DNA of 54,954 bases from an uncultured Planctomycetia bacterium (GCA_964580895.1 CAZOMD010000002.1:17886-72839), one strand, 5' to 3'; numbered from the stretch's first letter, positions 17,133 to 26,914 are shown. The notes: a model not told the origin generated them from the sequence alone. Program-made: numbers and translations.

Positions 17133-17139
17133 TTTGTCT

Positions 17140-17222
17140 GTTTGCCGGTTAACCAGTTCGCCGGTCGGTTGCGAAAAAGCGCAGATTCATAGAGTCAGGG
17201 TCGGGAGAGAGAAGCAGTAAGC
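17140..17222 (+). repeat. intergenic repeat module (GTTTGCCGGTT...GGTTGCGAA...GAGTCAGGGTCGGGAGAGAGAAGCA)
   Basis: Homologous in inverted orientation to 46007-46077. The alignment needs one ~17-nt insertion. Confidence 0.7.
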
Positions 17223-17332
17223 AAGAGGCAAGAAGTAAAGAGGTTCGAAGGGTGTTATTACGAACGATTGTATGTTGAGATGATAATTGTAGAGGTAATT
17301 TATGGATTGCCTCTACAACTTAAGGAGGGGAA

Positions 17333-18199
17333 ATGTTTAAAGGTTCTTATGTTGCGCTTGCGACGCCTTTTAAGGATGGGAAGGTCGATGAGAAGGCTTA
17401 TCGAAAACTCGTTGAATTTCATATCGACAACGGTACTGACGGGATAGTTCCTGCCGGATGCACGGGAGAGGCCGCTACTCTTCTTATGCAGGAGCAGAAA
17501 CGCCTTATGAAAATCGCTGTGGAGGTTTCGGACAAAAGGGTTCCCGTTCTAGCCGGGACGGGGTCGAATAATACGGCGGAGGCGGTGGAGCTTACCTCTC
17601 ACGCGAAGAAAGCCGGATGCGACGGAGTGCTCATAATCACGCCTTATTATAATAAACCTACCCCGGAAGGGCAGTTCCGTCACTATGAAAAAATAGCTAA
17701 AGAAGTCGATATCCCGATAATGCTATATAACGTGCCGTCCAGGACGGGGATATCTTTGTCGCCGGCGACGATAGCTCGTCTTTCGAAAATAGACAACATA
17801 GTAGCCGTGAAAGAGGCCGCGGGCAGCGCGCAGCAGGTAATGGAAATATTGTCGCTTTGTGATATAACTGTCATGAGCGGGGATGATGCCTTGACGCTTC
17901 CCTTTATGTCGCTTGGCGCTACGGGTGTCGTAAGTGTCGTTGCTAACATTATCCCGGGTAAAGTTCATGATCTTGTGCAGTCTTTTCTCGACGGGGACAT
18001 AAATAAGAGCCGTAAAATACATTACGATATTCTAGAGCTTTGTCAGGCTATGTTTATAGAAACGAATCCTCTGCCGGTGAAGACAGCGATGAGTATGATG
18101 GGAATGATCGAGGAAGAATGGCGGCTTCCACTTTGCGAGATGATGCCGGAGAATAAGGTGAAACTTCAAAAAGTGCTTAAGAAGTATAAGTTAATATAG
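17333..18199 (+). CDS. dapA: 4-hydroxy-tetrahydrodipicolinate synthase
   Basis: 288 aa. GTTGE-like CTGEAATL, YNVPSRTG, and VAVKEA (Schiff-base Lys). Confidence 0.9.
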   Translation: MFKGSYVALATPFKDGKVDEKAYRKLVEFHIDNGTDGIVPAGCTGEAATLLMQEQKRLMKIAVEVSDKRVPVLAGTGSNNTAEAVELTSHAKKAGCDGVLIITPYYNKPTPEGQFRHYEKIAKEVDIPIMLYNVPSRTGISLSPATIARLSKIDNIVAVKEAAGSAQQVMEILSLCDITVMSGDDALTLPFMSLGATGVVSVVANIIPGKVHDLVQSFLDGDINKSRKIHYDILELCQAMFIETNPLPVKTAMSMMGMIEEEWRLPLCEMMPENKVKLQKVLKKYKLI

Positions 18200-18362
18200 C
18201 GCATAGCGTATAGACAGAATCACAGCGGAAGAATATGTTTTGCAACCGTTTCACCAAATGTTGAACGCAAAAATCATTGTTTCATTCGCACATCCTTATT
18301 CTTCTATTGTAGCTCTTTCTATACGCTAAACGCTGTGCGCTACACGCTAAAAAAGGAGAGGT
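18197..18362. repeat. second member of the TAGCG.ATAGCGTATAG ... CTATACGCTA bounded intergenic element
   Basis: Starts on the dapA stop codon. TAGCGTATAG 18204-18213 is the inverted repeat of CTATACGCTA 18319-18328. The interior is an imperfect hairpin. The 3' end CGCTAAAAAAGGAG supplies the dapB Shine-Dalgarno. Confidence 0.6.
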
Positions 18363-19106
18363 ATGCTAAGACTGGGCATAAGCGGTATTTGCGGGAAAAT
18401 GGGAAAGCGGATATTTGATGTGGCGAGAAGGACCAAGGGGATAAAGATCTCGGGGGCATTGGAAAAAAGCGGTTCCCCTTTTATCGGAAAAGATATGGGT
18501 TCCGCGTTGGGAGGGAAAAAGACAGGAGCGCTGATAACGGGTGATCTCAAGAGCTTATGCGGGAAGATAGATTGCCTTATCGAATTTACGTTTCCCGAAC
18601 CAACGCTTGAACATCTGGAGATATGCCGTAAAAACGGCATCGCGATAGTGATAGGAACGACAGGGATCGACGCTCCTGGGGAAGCCGCCATAAAAAAGGC
18701 CTCAAAAACTATTCCGGTAGTGTTTTCCCCGAATATGGCCGTTGGGGTAAATCTCCTCTTCAACATAGTGCGCGAATCGGCGCGTGTCTTGGGCGGGGAA
18801 TTCGAGATCAAGATCGATGAGACCCATCATATACATAAAAAAGATTCTCCCAGCGGGACGGCCAAGATGATCGCGCGCGTGATAAAAGAAGCGTCCGGAG
18901 TTGACGCCCCGATAGAAGCCTTTCGGGAAGGCGAAGTGATCGGGAATCACGGTGTTAAATTCGATAGTGACTACGAAACTGTCGAGCTACGCCATAACGC
19001 TAAAAGTAGAGATGTTTTTGCTGCCGGAGCGGTAAAAGCCGCGTGCTTTTTATCCAAAAAAACAAAAGGCCTTTATGATATGGCCGATGTTCTGGGGCTT
19101 AAATAA
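18363..19106 (+). CDS. dapB: 4-hydroxy-tetrahydrodipicolinate reductase
   Basis: 247 aa. GICGKMGK dinucleotide fold, GTTG, and ETHHIHKKDSPSGTA signature. Confidence 0.85.
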   Translation: MLRLGISGICGKMGKRIFDVARRTKGIKISGALEKSGSPFIGKDMGSALGGKKTGALITGDLKSLCGKIDCLIEFTFPEPTLEHLEICRKNGIAIVIGTTGIDAPGEAAIKKASKTIPVVFSPNMAVGVNLLFNIVRESARVLGGEFEIKIDETHHIHKKDSPSGTAKMIARVIKEASGVDAPIEAFREGEVIGNHGVKFDSDYETVELRHNAKSRDVFAAGAVKAACFLSKKTKGLYDMADVLGLK

Positions 19107-19325
19107 AGGCGGTCTTTGGCGCGTGAGTTAAATTCCTGTCGGGTATATGCGATAATATTTTTATCCAGTTGCCTCGCTTAAGCGTTATTTTTTATAATGA
19201 GATTGAGACACGGGATTTTTCGCTCTCTTGGCGGGAGACAGAAAATAGGGGCACGACCGCGCGGTGAGAGACGCTTAAATCCGTCGGGCTTTACGATTTG
19301 GTAGGATATTAATTGAAGGGAACCT

Positions 19326-20495
19326 ATGAAAATAGAATACGCGGAACGTATTAAGAAACTGCCGCCTTATCTATTCGAGGAAATAGATAAGGCCAAACAG
19401 AAGGCGCTGAAGGAAGGACGTCCTATAATCGATCTGGGAGTGGGTGACCCGGATACGCCAACTCCTGATTTTATTGTAAAGGAACTGCAGGAAGCGAGTA
19501 ACGATCCTTCTACTCACAAGTACGCTCTTAACAAGGGACTGCGGGCCCTTAGGGAGGAGATGGCCGGGTGGTACAAGAGTCGGTTTGGCGCTGATCTTGA
19601 TCCTGACACGGAAGTATTGCCGCTTTCCGGGTCAAAGGACGGGATAGCGCATGTACCTTTGGCGTTACTTGATCCAGGGGACGAGGTGCTTGTGCCTGAT
19701 CCGGGATATCCGCCTTATAATTCGGGGTCTGTGTTCGCGGGGGCTAAGGTGAATTTTATGCCGCTTTTGGCCAAGAATAATTTTCTGCCCGATCTTGACG
19801 CCATCGGTAAAAGGACGGCCGATCGGTGTAAGATGATGCATATAAACTATCCCAATAACCCGACGGGGGCCGTATGTGATCTGGGTTTCTATAAAAAAGT
19901 CGCCGCGTTCGCGCGGAAACACGAGATCATCGTGTGTTCCGACGCCGCGTATACCGAAGTGTCTTTTGACGGATATAATCCGCCCAGTTTTCTGGAATTG
20001 AAAGGGTCTAAGGATTTTTGTGTCGAGTTTCATTCGCTGTCGAAGTCGTTCAATATGACTGGATGGAGGGTCGGCATGGCCGTGGGCAACAAGGATATCC
20101 TCGCCGCTCTGGGAAAAGTGAAAGCTAATGTGGATTCCGGGATCTTTACGGCGGTTCAGAAGGCGGCTATCGCGGCGCTGAAACGGTCTAGCGAAGTGAA
20201 AGAAAAAATGAATTCCGTATATGAGGAGAGACGGGATGTTTTGGTCGGGGGGCTGAATAAACTGGGATGGAAGATAAATAGCCCGAAAGCGACTTTTTAT
20301 GTTTGGGCCCCGGTATTAGGAAAGTATGATTCCTTTTCGCTGGCTAAGGCCATGCTTGAAAAAACCGACATTATAGTCACCCCGGGAATAGGTTTTGGGG
20401 AAAACGGCGAAGGATATATCCGTATAGCGTTGACTGTCGGCTCAGGTAGGCTGGAAGAGGCCGTGGACCGGATAAAAAAAGAGTTTTTTCGTTAA
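19326..20495 (+). CDS. dapL: LL-diaminopimelate aminotransferase (class I/II aminotransferase)
   Basis: 389 aa. KLPPYLFEEID...IDLGVGDPDTPTP N-terminus, NYPNNPTG, and SLSKSFNMTGWR (PLP Lys). Context with dapA/dapB/dapF/lysA, and no dapD/C/E in the cluster. Confidence 0.7.
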   Translation: MKIEYAERIKKLPPYLFEEIDKAKQKALKEGRPIIDLGVGDPDTPTPDFIVKELQEASNDPSTHKYALNKGLRALREEMAGWYKSRFGADLDPDTEVLPLSGSKDGIAHVPLALLDPGDEVLVPDPGYPPYNSGSVFAGAKVNFMPLLAKNNFLPDLDAIGKRTADRCKMMHINYPNNPTGAVCDLGFYKKVAAFARKHEIIVCSDAAYTEVSFDGYNPPSFLELKGSKDFCVEFHSLSKSFNMTGWRVGMAVGNKDILAALGKVKANVDSGIFTAVQKAAIAALKRSSEVKEKMNSVYEERRDVLVGGLNKLGWKINSPKATFYVWAPVLGKYDSFSLAKAMLEKTDIIVTPGIGFGENGEGYIRIALTVGSGRLEEAVDRIKKEFFR

Positions 20496-20510
20496 AAAAC
20501 AACAAGGTTT

Positions 20511-20987
20511 ATGGCAGTAATCTACATTGGTATAGGGTCTAACGTTGGGAATAAAGAGAAGAACTTTGAAGAGGCCCTTCTCCGGATCAAGGCTAAGGGA
20601 ATAAGGGTAGCGGATAGGTCTTCTTTTTATTATACCGAGCCGGTCGGAGGTCCACCGCAGGAAAAATATCTAAACGGTGTTATAACGGTGAACACCGAAC
20701 TTTCCCCGGAAAAACTTTTTGACGAATTGAAGGATATCGAAAAGGGGATGGGACGTGTCCCCGCCGGGAAGAATCATCCCAGGGTGATCGACCTCGATAT
20801 CCTGATATATGGTGATATTGTTTTGGATACGGAGAAACTTACAGTCCCGCACAAGAGGATGCATGAAAGAGGGTTCGTGCTTAAGGGAATGGAAGAGATA
20901 GCACCCGATCTTGAGCACCCTATCCTCGGGAAAACGATGAGAGAGTTGTATCGTGAAGATCTCTCGAGGGGTACGCGCCTAAAATGA
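20511..20987 (+). CDS. folK: 2-amino-4-hydroxy-6-hydroxymethyldihydropteridine pyrophosphokinase
   Basis: 158 aa. IGIGSNVGN, RVIDLDIL and PHKRMHERGFVL motifs. Confidence 0.85.
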   Translation: MAVIYIGIGSNVGNKEKNFEEALLRIKAKGIRVADRSSFYYTEPVGGPPQEKYLNGVITVNTELSPEKLFDELKDIEKGMGRVPAGKNHPRVIDLDILIYGDIVLDTEKLTVPHKRMHERGFVLKGMEEIAPDLEHPILGKTMRELYREDLSRGTRLK

Positions 20988-21853
20988 AGATCATTACGTC
21001 CATCAGCGAAATGCGGAGTTTTTCGCACGAGGCGAAAAACCTTAAAAAAACCATTGGTCTTGTACCCACAATGGGATACCTGCACGAAGGGCATTTTAGC
21101 CTGGTCCGCGCTTCCCGCGAAGAATGCGAGATCGTTGTCCTAAGCAGTTTTGTGAACCCTTTACAATTCGGTCCTTCGGAGGATTTTAGAGAATATCCGC
21201 GGGATAGAGAAAGGGATATACGGCTTTCGGAAAATGGGAAGGTCGATGTGTTCTTTGAACCGCGGTCGGACGAGATGTATCCCGCCGATTTTTCGGCCTG
21301 GGTAGAGGTCACGGGACATGTGACCTCTACGATGTGCGGACATTCACGGCCGGGACATTTTAAAGGGGTAACTACCGTAGTGATGAAACTTTTTAACATC
21401 GTAATGCCTGACCGAAGTTATTTTGGCCAGAAAGACGCGCAACAGGCTGCGGTCATAAAAAAAATGGTCAAGGACCTTAACTCCCCGATCTCTATTCGAG
21501 TTATGCCTACAGTGAGGGAATCTGACGGTCTGGCGATGAGCTCCCGCAATAAGTATTTAAACGAAAGCGAGAGGGCGAAGGCGAAAGATATTTTCCGCTC
21601 TCTTCGATCTGCGGAAGCTCTCGTTTCGAACGGAGAAACTTCTTCCGAGAAGATAAAGTCTTCCGTGAGAAAAATCTTGCTCGAAGGCGAAGGAATGGAG
21701 ATAGATTATATCGAGATAGCGGATGCCGAGACCCTTGAGCCGCGCTTTACGGTGATCGATAATACGATTATAGCTTTGGCCGTAAAGGTGGGTAAGACGA
21801 GGCTTATAGATAATATCGTGATAACCGGCGCAGGGAAACGCGGCGAGAGGTGA
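20984..21853 (+). CDS. panC: pantoate--beta-alanine ligase
   Basis: 289 aa. VPTMGYLHEGH, FVNPLQFGP and YFGQKDAQQ motifs. 4-nt overlap with folK. Confidence 0.9.
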   Translation: MKIITSISEMRSFSHEAKNLKKTIGLVPTMGYLHEGHFSLVRASREECEIVVLSSFVNPLQFGPSEDFREYPRDRERDIRLSENGKVDVFFEPRSDEMYPADFSAWVEVTGHVTSTMCGHSRPGHFKGVTTVVMKLFNIVMPDRSYFGQKDAQQAAVIKKMVKDLNSPISIRVMPTVRESDGLAMSSRNKYLNESERAKAKDIFRSLRSAEALVSNGETSSEKIKSSVRKILLEGEGMEIDYIEIADAETLEPRFTVIDNTIIALAVKVGKTRLIDNIVITGAGKRGER

Positions 21854-21893
21854 TACGGAAGACCAGGATGTGTTTAAAACATAAGGGAGATGA

Positions 21894-22829
21894 ATGCAGA
21901 GCCTAGAATTTGACGCGAAATACAAAGAGCATCTCGTCAGAAAGATAAAGAAACTGAAAGAGGAAAAAGGGGCGCTGATCGTCGCGCATAATTACCAACG
22001 CGACGAGATACAGGAAGTGGCCGATATTATAGGAGATTCTTTTGCCTTGTCGTGCGAGGTGATGAAGGCTAAAGAAGAACTGATCGTATTTTGCGGGGTA
22101 AGGTTCATGGCCGAAAGCGCGTATATACTCAGCCCTAAAAAAACCGTTCTTTTACCGGTCGAGGAAGCCGGTTGCCCCCTCGCCGATATGATAACGGTTG
22201 AAAAACTCAGGAAGAAAAAGAAAGAGCATCCGGATGCCGCAGTCGTCTGTTATGTTAATTCGACCGCGATCGTAAAGGCGGAGAGCGATATCTGCTGCAC
22301 TTCGTCCAACGCGATCAATGTCGTGAAGTCGCTCAAAGAAAAGAAAATCATATTCGTGCCGGACAAAAATCTCGGGCGTTATGTGGCGTCCCATGTTCCC
22401 GAAAAAGAGTTGATACTCTGGGATGGTTACTGTATCGTTCACGTTCGTTTGACCCGAGAGGAAGTCGAAAGGGTAAAAGAGATCCATCCGAACAGCAAAT
22501 TTATCGCTCATCCGGAATGTAACGAAGAGGTGCTGGAGCTGGCTGATTATATAGGCAGTACCGCTGGCATGATTAAGTACGTGAAAGAATCGTCGGATAA
22601 AGAATTTATTGTCGGGACCGAGATGGGGATAATCTACCGGATGAGGAGGGATAACCCCGATAAAATTTTCTACTTGCCCACATCCCAGTTCCTTTGCGCG
22701 AACATGAAGCTTACTACTCTCGGGTGGCTCGCGAGGTCTCTCGAGAAAATGGTATATAAAGTGGATGTGCCGGTCGAGATAGTGGAGAAAGCCCGTCTTG
22801 CGCTTGAGCGGATGATACGGGTGAAATGA
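21894..22829 (+). CDS. nadA: quinolinate synthase
   Basis: 311 aa. AHNYQ, VRFMAE, VCYVNS and AHPEC motifs. Confidence 0.9.
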   Translation: MQSLEFDAKYKEHLVRKIKKLKEEKGALIVAHNYQRDEIQEVADIIGDSFALSCEVMKAKEELIVFCGVRFMAESAYILSPKKTVLLPVEEAGCPLADMITVEKLRKKKKEHPDAAVVCYVNSTAIVKAESDICCTSSNAINVVKSLKEKKIIFVPDKNLGRYVASHVPEKELILWDGYCIVHVRLTREEVERVKEIHPNSKFIAHPECNEEVLELADYIGSTAGMIKYVKESSDKEFIVGTEMGIIYRMRRDNPDKIFYLPTSQFLCANMKLTTLGWLARSLEKMVYKVDVPVEIVEKARLALERMIRVK

Positions 22830-22845
22830 AATCGCGGGGAACGCT

Positions 22846-23655
22846 ATGAAAAAGGCTATAGGGATAATAGGGTGCGGGACCATAGGCGCGGCTTTGGCGA
22901 AATATGCTGAAAAAGACCTTGATAGAGAGGCCGGCAGTATAATACTGTACGACATTGACGGGAAAATGACAAAACGTCTTTCAGCCGTGGTAAAACGTTC
23001 CGAGATAGCCGTTGATAAGAATGACGTAATAGATAAAGCTGATATAGTGATAGAAGCCGTGTCTCCGGAAGTCGCTCCCGGTATATTAAAGGAGGCGATA
23101 TCCAAAAGGAAAGATGTTTTAATAATGAGTATAGGCGGGCTTATCGGCAATGAGGCGCTTTTAGCAGAGGCTAGAGATAAAGGGATAAAGGTGCTTTTGC
23201 CGTCAGGTGCCATTGCCGGGATAGACGGTCTTAAGGCCGCAAAAATCGCCGGGCTCGATTCTGTGACTCTTACTACGCGTAAATCCCCGCGTTCGTTGAA
23301 AGACGCTCCTTTTGTAAAAACCAATAATATGGATCTAGACAAGATCTCAGGCGAATTCGTGGTCTTCGAGGGGAACGCCGAAGAGGCGATTAAAGCGTTC
23401 CCTAAGAATATAAACGTTTCAGCGCTTCTTTCCCTCGCGGGAGTCGGCGCTAAAGATACTCGGGTAAGGATAGTGACATCGCCCTCTTATACCAGTAACG
23501 TGCATGAAATAGAGATAAAAGGCGCTTCCGGTAACATTACGATAGCTGTGGAAAATGTTCCTTCCCCCGATAACCCTTCAACAAGCTATCTTGCCGCTCT
23601 TGCGGCGATGGCGGCCCTTAGGGGCTATTTTGACACGATCCGTATCGGGACGTGA
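22846..23655 (+). CDS. nadX: L-aspartate dehydrogenase
   Basis: 269 aa. IGIIGCGTIG Rossmann N-terminus, SGAIAGIDGL. Adjacent to nadA in place of nadB, as with Thermotoga TM1643. Confidence 0.7.
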   Translation: MKKAIGIIGCGTIGAALAKYAEKDLDREAGSIILYDIDGKMTKRLSAVVKRSEIAVDKNDVIDKADIVIEAVSPEVAPGILKEAISKRKDVLIMSIGGLIGNEALLAEARDKGIKVLLPSGAIAGIDGLKAAKIAGLDSVTLTTRKSPRSLKDAPFVKTNNMDLDKISGEFVVFEGNAEEAIKAFPKNINVSALLSLAGVGAKDTRVRIVTSPSYTSNVHEIEIKGASGNITIAVENVPSPDNPSTSYLAALAAMAALRGYFDTIRIGT

Positions 23656-23680
23656 AGCCCCGTTGTCTTCGGGCGAGAGC

Positions 23681-23708
23681 GTAGGGGCGTATTGCAATAC
23701 GCCCCTAC
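23681..23708. repeat. 28-bp perfect palindrome GTAGGGGCGTATTGCAATACGCCCCTAC, copy 2
   Basis: Identical to 6238-6265. It lies 26 nt after the nadX stop codon. Confidence 0.9.
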
Positions 23709-23746
23709 CTGAAATTCGGGATTCGCATTATAAATTGGAGGATCTG

Positions 23747-25432
23747 ATGAGTACGGATCTTATCTTCATGCTTGTCGGTGGGGTGGGTCTTTTCTTTTTT
23801 GGCATGAGACAAATGTCCAACGGTCTTAAGAACATGGCCGGAGACGGTCTCAAGCAGATGCTATTCCTGGGAAACAAACTTCCAATTATAGGAGTCATTG
23901 TCGGGACTTTCGTGACATGCCTCATGCAGTCTTCAAGTGCCACGACTGTTATGGTGGTTGGTTTCGCGAATGCCGGGCTTTTATCTCTTAAACAGGCGAT
24001 AAGCGTTATCATCGGGGCGAATATAGGCACGACTTTCACGGCGTGGTTAGTTTCATTAATGTCCGTTTCCAAGTTTATTGTGTATGTCCTCCCGGCCATA
24101 GGGATAGGTTTCGCGGTAAATACTTTAGCCGCGAGGAAAAAGACCAGGTTCTTCGGGCAGATACTTCTCGGTTTTGGTCTTTTTTTTCTGGGACTTGATT
24201 TGATGAAAGACGCTTTTTTGCCTTTCAAAGACAATCAGGATGTAACGAACATAATACTTTCCTTTAGTGGTAATCCCTTAATGGGCGTACTGATCGGTAT
24301 GCTTTTTACGGTTATAGTCCGGTCATCCGGCGCGACGATCGCGATTGTCCAAGTCATGGCTTTCAACGGGCTTATAAGTTTTCCGGCCACGATACCGATC
24401 ATCCTAGGGGATAACATCGGTACAACGATAACGGCGCAACTCGCGTCGATCGGCGGCACTATCTCCGCGCGCCGAGCCGCGATGTCGCATATTCTTTTTA
24501 ACGTTATCGGGGTCGGATATATGCTGGGGCTTGTCTATACGGGCTGGTTCACAAAATTTATATATGCGCTGGTCCCTTGGGAGCTGACGTCAGGGAACAT
24601 AATGGTCTATATCGCTATTGCCAACAGTGTTTTTAAGGGAGTGAACGCCGTTCTATTCCTGCCCTTCTTGGGGCAGCTCGAGAAAGTCTGTGTCTTTTTC
24701 CTCCCGCAAAACAAAGGGGATGTCACCCCGCGCCCTAAAAGCCTGGAAAGGCATCTTTTAAGTACCCCGAATATCGCGGTGGAACAGGCGCGGAAAGAGA
24801 CGGTAAGGATGATCGATCTGGCGGCAGAGTCCGTATCCCTGGCGGTAAAGGGTTTTCTTGAGAATGATCTAAGCCTCTCCGTGCCTGTCTCTAAAATAGA
24901 AAAGGCCGTGGATAATCTTCAGTCGGAAATAACTCAATATCTTGTCGAGCTTTCACAAGAGGACTTGACCGAAGAAATCTCAGAAGAATTACCAGTGTTG
25001 ATTCATGATGTTAATGATATAGAGAGGATAGGGGACCACGCGGAAAATATAGTCGAATTCACCGAGCGCAAGATCGAGATGAAATTGCCTTTCACGGAAA
25101 AGGCCATAAGCGAGCTTAAACTTATGTGGGGTGAACTCGGTAGCATGTTGGCCGAAACCAGGGGAGCTCTTCTTACGGATAATTCCGCGCTCGCGGAGAA
25201 TGTCCTGCGCCGCGAACAGGAGATAAACAGGTTCCAGGTGGAACTTAAAAAATGGCATGTTGATCGTCTTAGTAACGGTATTTGCGACATACGTTCCGGG
25301 GTGATCTTTATCGACCTTGTCGATAACATGGAAAAAATAGGGGACCACCTCACTAATATCGCCCAGGGGGTTATCGGAAAGATGCGGTGGCGCGGGGATA
25401 AGGGAGAACCCCTGGTCGAGGAAGCGACATAA
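23747..25432 (+). CDS. Na/Pi cotransporter family protein with C-terminal PhoU-like repeats
   Basis: The track ORF 23555-25432 overlaps nadX. The realistic start is ATG 23747 (MSTDLIFMLVGGVGLFFFGM), preceded by GGAGGA. Duplicated QSSSAT / RSSGAT transporter motifs, and a C-terminal paired DxxERIGDH / DNMEKIGDH. Confidence 0.8.
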   Translation: MSTDLIFMLVGGVGLFFFGMRQMSNGLKNMAGDGLKQMLFLGNKLPIIGVIVGTFVTCLMQSSSATTVMVVGFANAGLLSLKQAISVIIGANIGTTFTAWLVSLMSVSKFIVYVLPAIGIGFAVNTLAARKKTRFFGQILLGFGLFFLGLDLMKDAFLPFKDNQDVTNIILSFSGNPLMGVLIGMLFTVIVRSSGATIAIVQVMAFNGLISFPATIPIILGDNIGTTITAQLASIGGTISARRAAMSHILFNVIGVGYMLGLVYTGWFTKFIYALVPWELTSGNIMVYIAIANSVFKGVNAVLFLPFLGQLEKVCVFFLPQNKGDVTPRPKSLERHLLSTPNIAVEQARKETVRMIDLAAESVSLAVKGFLENDLSLSVPVSKIEKAVDNLQSEITQYLVELSQEDLTEEISEELPVLIHDVNDIERIGDHAENIVEFTERKIEMKLPFTEKAISELKLMWGELGSMLAETRGALLTDNSALAENVLRREQEINRFQVELKKWHVDRLSNGICDIRSGVIFIDLVDNMEKIGDHLTNIAQGVIGKMRWRGDKGEPLVEEAT

Positions 25433-25502
25433 GACCGCTTTTCCCACTGTTATTTGTCGGAAGGCGCGCTATTTAAGGTTTTTAGGGCTAGTATCCCTTT
25501 GC

Positions 25503-25531
25503 TTGACAAATAGGTCGCACTTTTGTATCAT
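25503..25531 (+). promoter_or_regulatory. sigma-70 type promoter
   Basis: TTGACA, 17-nt spacer, TATCAT, about 65 nt upstream of the IMPDH-family gene. Confidence 0.55.
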
Positions 25532-25594
25532 ACTACCTAACTTGTTCGGACTCGTTTATGCATACCCTCAGAGAGGGTGTAAGAGGAGGTTTTC

Positions 25595-26755
25595 ATGGGT
25601 ATATGGGTTGGGATAGACAGAAAAGCCAGGCGCGGTTATGGATTTGACGAAATAGCCCTTGTTCCAGGTACCCGTACAATAAATCCAAACGACGTGGATA
25701 CTTCATGCAAAATAGGCGGGCTCAAATTCGAAGTTCCGATAATGGCCTCTTCAATGGATGGTGTTGTTGATGTTAATTTTGCCATTGCTATGGGGAAACT
25801 CGGGGGGATAGCCGTACTGCACCTAGAAGGGATAGCGACGAGATATGATAATCCCGAAGAGGCGGTGAAGGAAATAATAAATTGTGAGGCGGTCGAATCA
25901 ACTCAGGTCATACAGAAAGTGTATTCGGTACCGATAAAGAAGAAACTTATAACCAAAAGGATCCGTCAGATAAAAGAAGCCGGTGTTCCCGCGATAGTGA
26001 GCTGTAATCCTCAAGTTGCCTGCGAATTCGGCTCTATAGCCAGAGACGCGGGATGCGATATTTTTATAGTGCAGTCGACCGTAATAAGCGTGAAACACGA
26101 ATCCAGCGAATACGAACCACTTAACCTCAAAAAATTCTGCAAAGATATGAAGATACCCGTACTTTTCGGCAATTGTGTGGATTATGACGTGGCGTATACT
26201 CTGATGGATACGGGTTGTCAGGGGATATTTGTGGGGATCGGTCCGGGGACGGCCTGTACTTCTCGCGGGGTTTTGGGGATAGGAGTTCCGCAGATAACCG
26301 CCACGATCGATTGCGCGGCGGCCAGGAACCACTACTTTAAAAAGAAGAAGCGGTATGTGCCGATAATTACCGACGGTGGAATGGCTACCGGCGGCGATAT
26401 ATGCAAGGCGTTTGCCGCGGGTGCCGACGCGGTTATGCTTGGCAATGCTTTTGCCAGGGCTAAAGAAGCCCCCGGGAAGGGGTACCATTGGGGGATGGCT
26501 ATGCCTCACCCGTCGCTGCCGAGGGGAACCAGGATTCAGGTTGGGACTACCAGTTCTCTGGAAGAGATCTTATATGGGCCAGCAAGACTTGATGACGGGA
26601 CCCAGAATCTTGTCGGGGCTCTGGCCACAAGCATGGGAAATCTTGGGGCGCATGATATCAGCGAGATGCAGAAAGTCAAAATGATGATCGCCCCGTCTAT
26701 TCAAACCGAGGGTAAGGTCTACCAGACGGCGCAGAGAGTCGGTATGAAAAAATAG
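25595..26755 (+). CDS. IMP dehydrogenase/GMP reductase family protein lacking the CBS pair (GuaB3-like)
   Basis: 386 aa. FDEIALVPG, GIGPGTACTSR (catalytic Cys loop), ITDGGM and GADAVMLG. Too short to contain the CBS insertion. Confidence 0.7.
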   Translation: MGIWVGIDRKARRGYGFDEIALVPGTRTINPNDVDTSCKIGGLKFEVPIMASSMDGVVDVNFAIAMGKLGGIAVLHLEGIATRYDNPEEAVKEIINCEAVESTQVIQKVYSVPIKKKLITKRIRQIKEAGVPAIVSCNPQVACEFGSIARDAGCDIFIVQSTVISVKHESSEYEPLNLKKFCKDMKIPVLFGNCVDYDVAYTLMDTGCQGIFVGIGPGTACTSRGVLGIGVPQITATIDCAAARNHYFKKKKRYVPIITDGGMATGGDICKAFAAGADAVMLGNAFARAKEAPGKGYHWGMAMPHPSLPRGTRIQVGTTSSLEEILYGPARLDDGTQNLVGALATSMGNLGAHDISEMQKVKMMIAPSIQTEGKVYQTAQRVGMKK

Positions 26756-26914
26756 CCGATTTTATGTGTTCAGGCTCGTTTTAACGCATAAGGGAAAGTG
26801 ATCTTGTATCCTATAACCCGCCTTCACTTCGTGCTCTTCGCCTAAGGCGAGGGTAGACAGGGGTGTAAAACCGCGGGGCTCCACATTTTTGAATTCTCAA
26901 TTCCTGTAGATGTT

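Noticed and set aside
19107-19325. Lysine (L-box) riboswitch upstream of dapL
   Set aside because: Conserved L-box core sequences are not present. It is retained only as a low-interest unknown leader.
22152-23342. 396-aa minus-strand ORF spanning the nadA-nadX junction
   Set aside because: It is antisense to two well-supported genes and has no recognisable motifs, so it is a shadow ORF.
23555-23746. N-terminal 64-aa extension of the Na/Pi transporter ORF
   Set aside because: It overlaps the nadX 3' end and reads through the 28-bp palindrome. An ATG with GGAGGA at 23747 begins the conserved transporter N-terminus.
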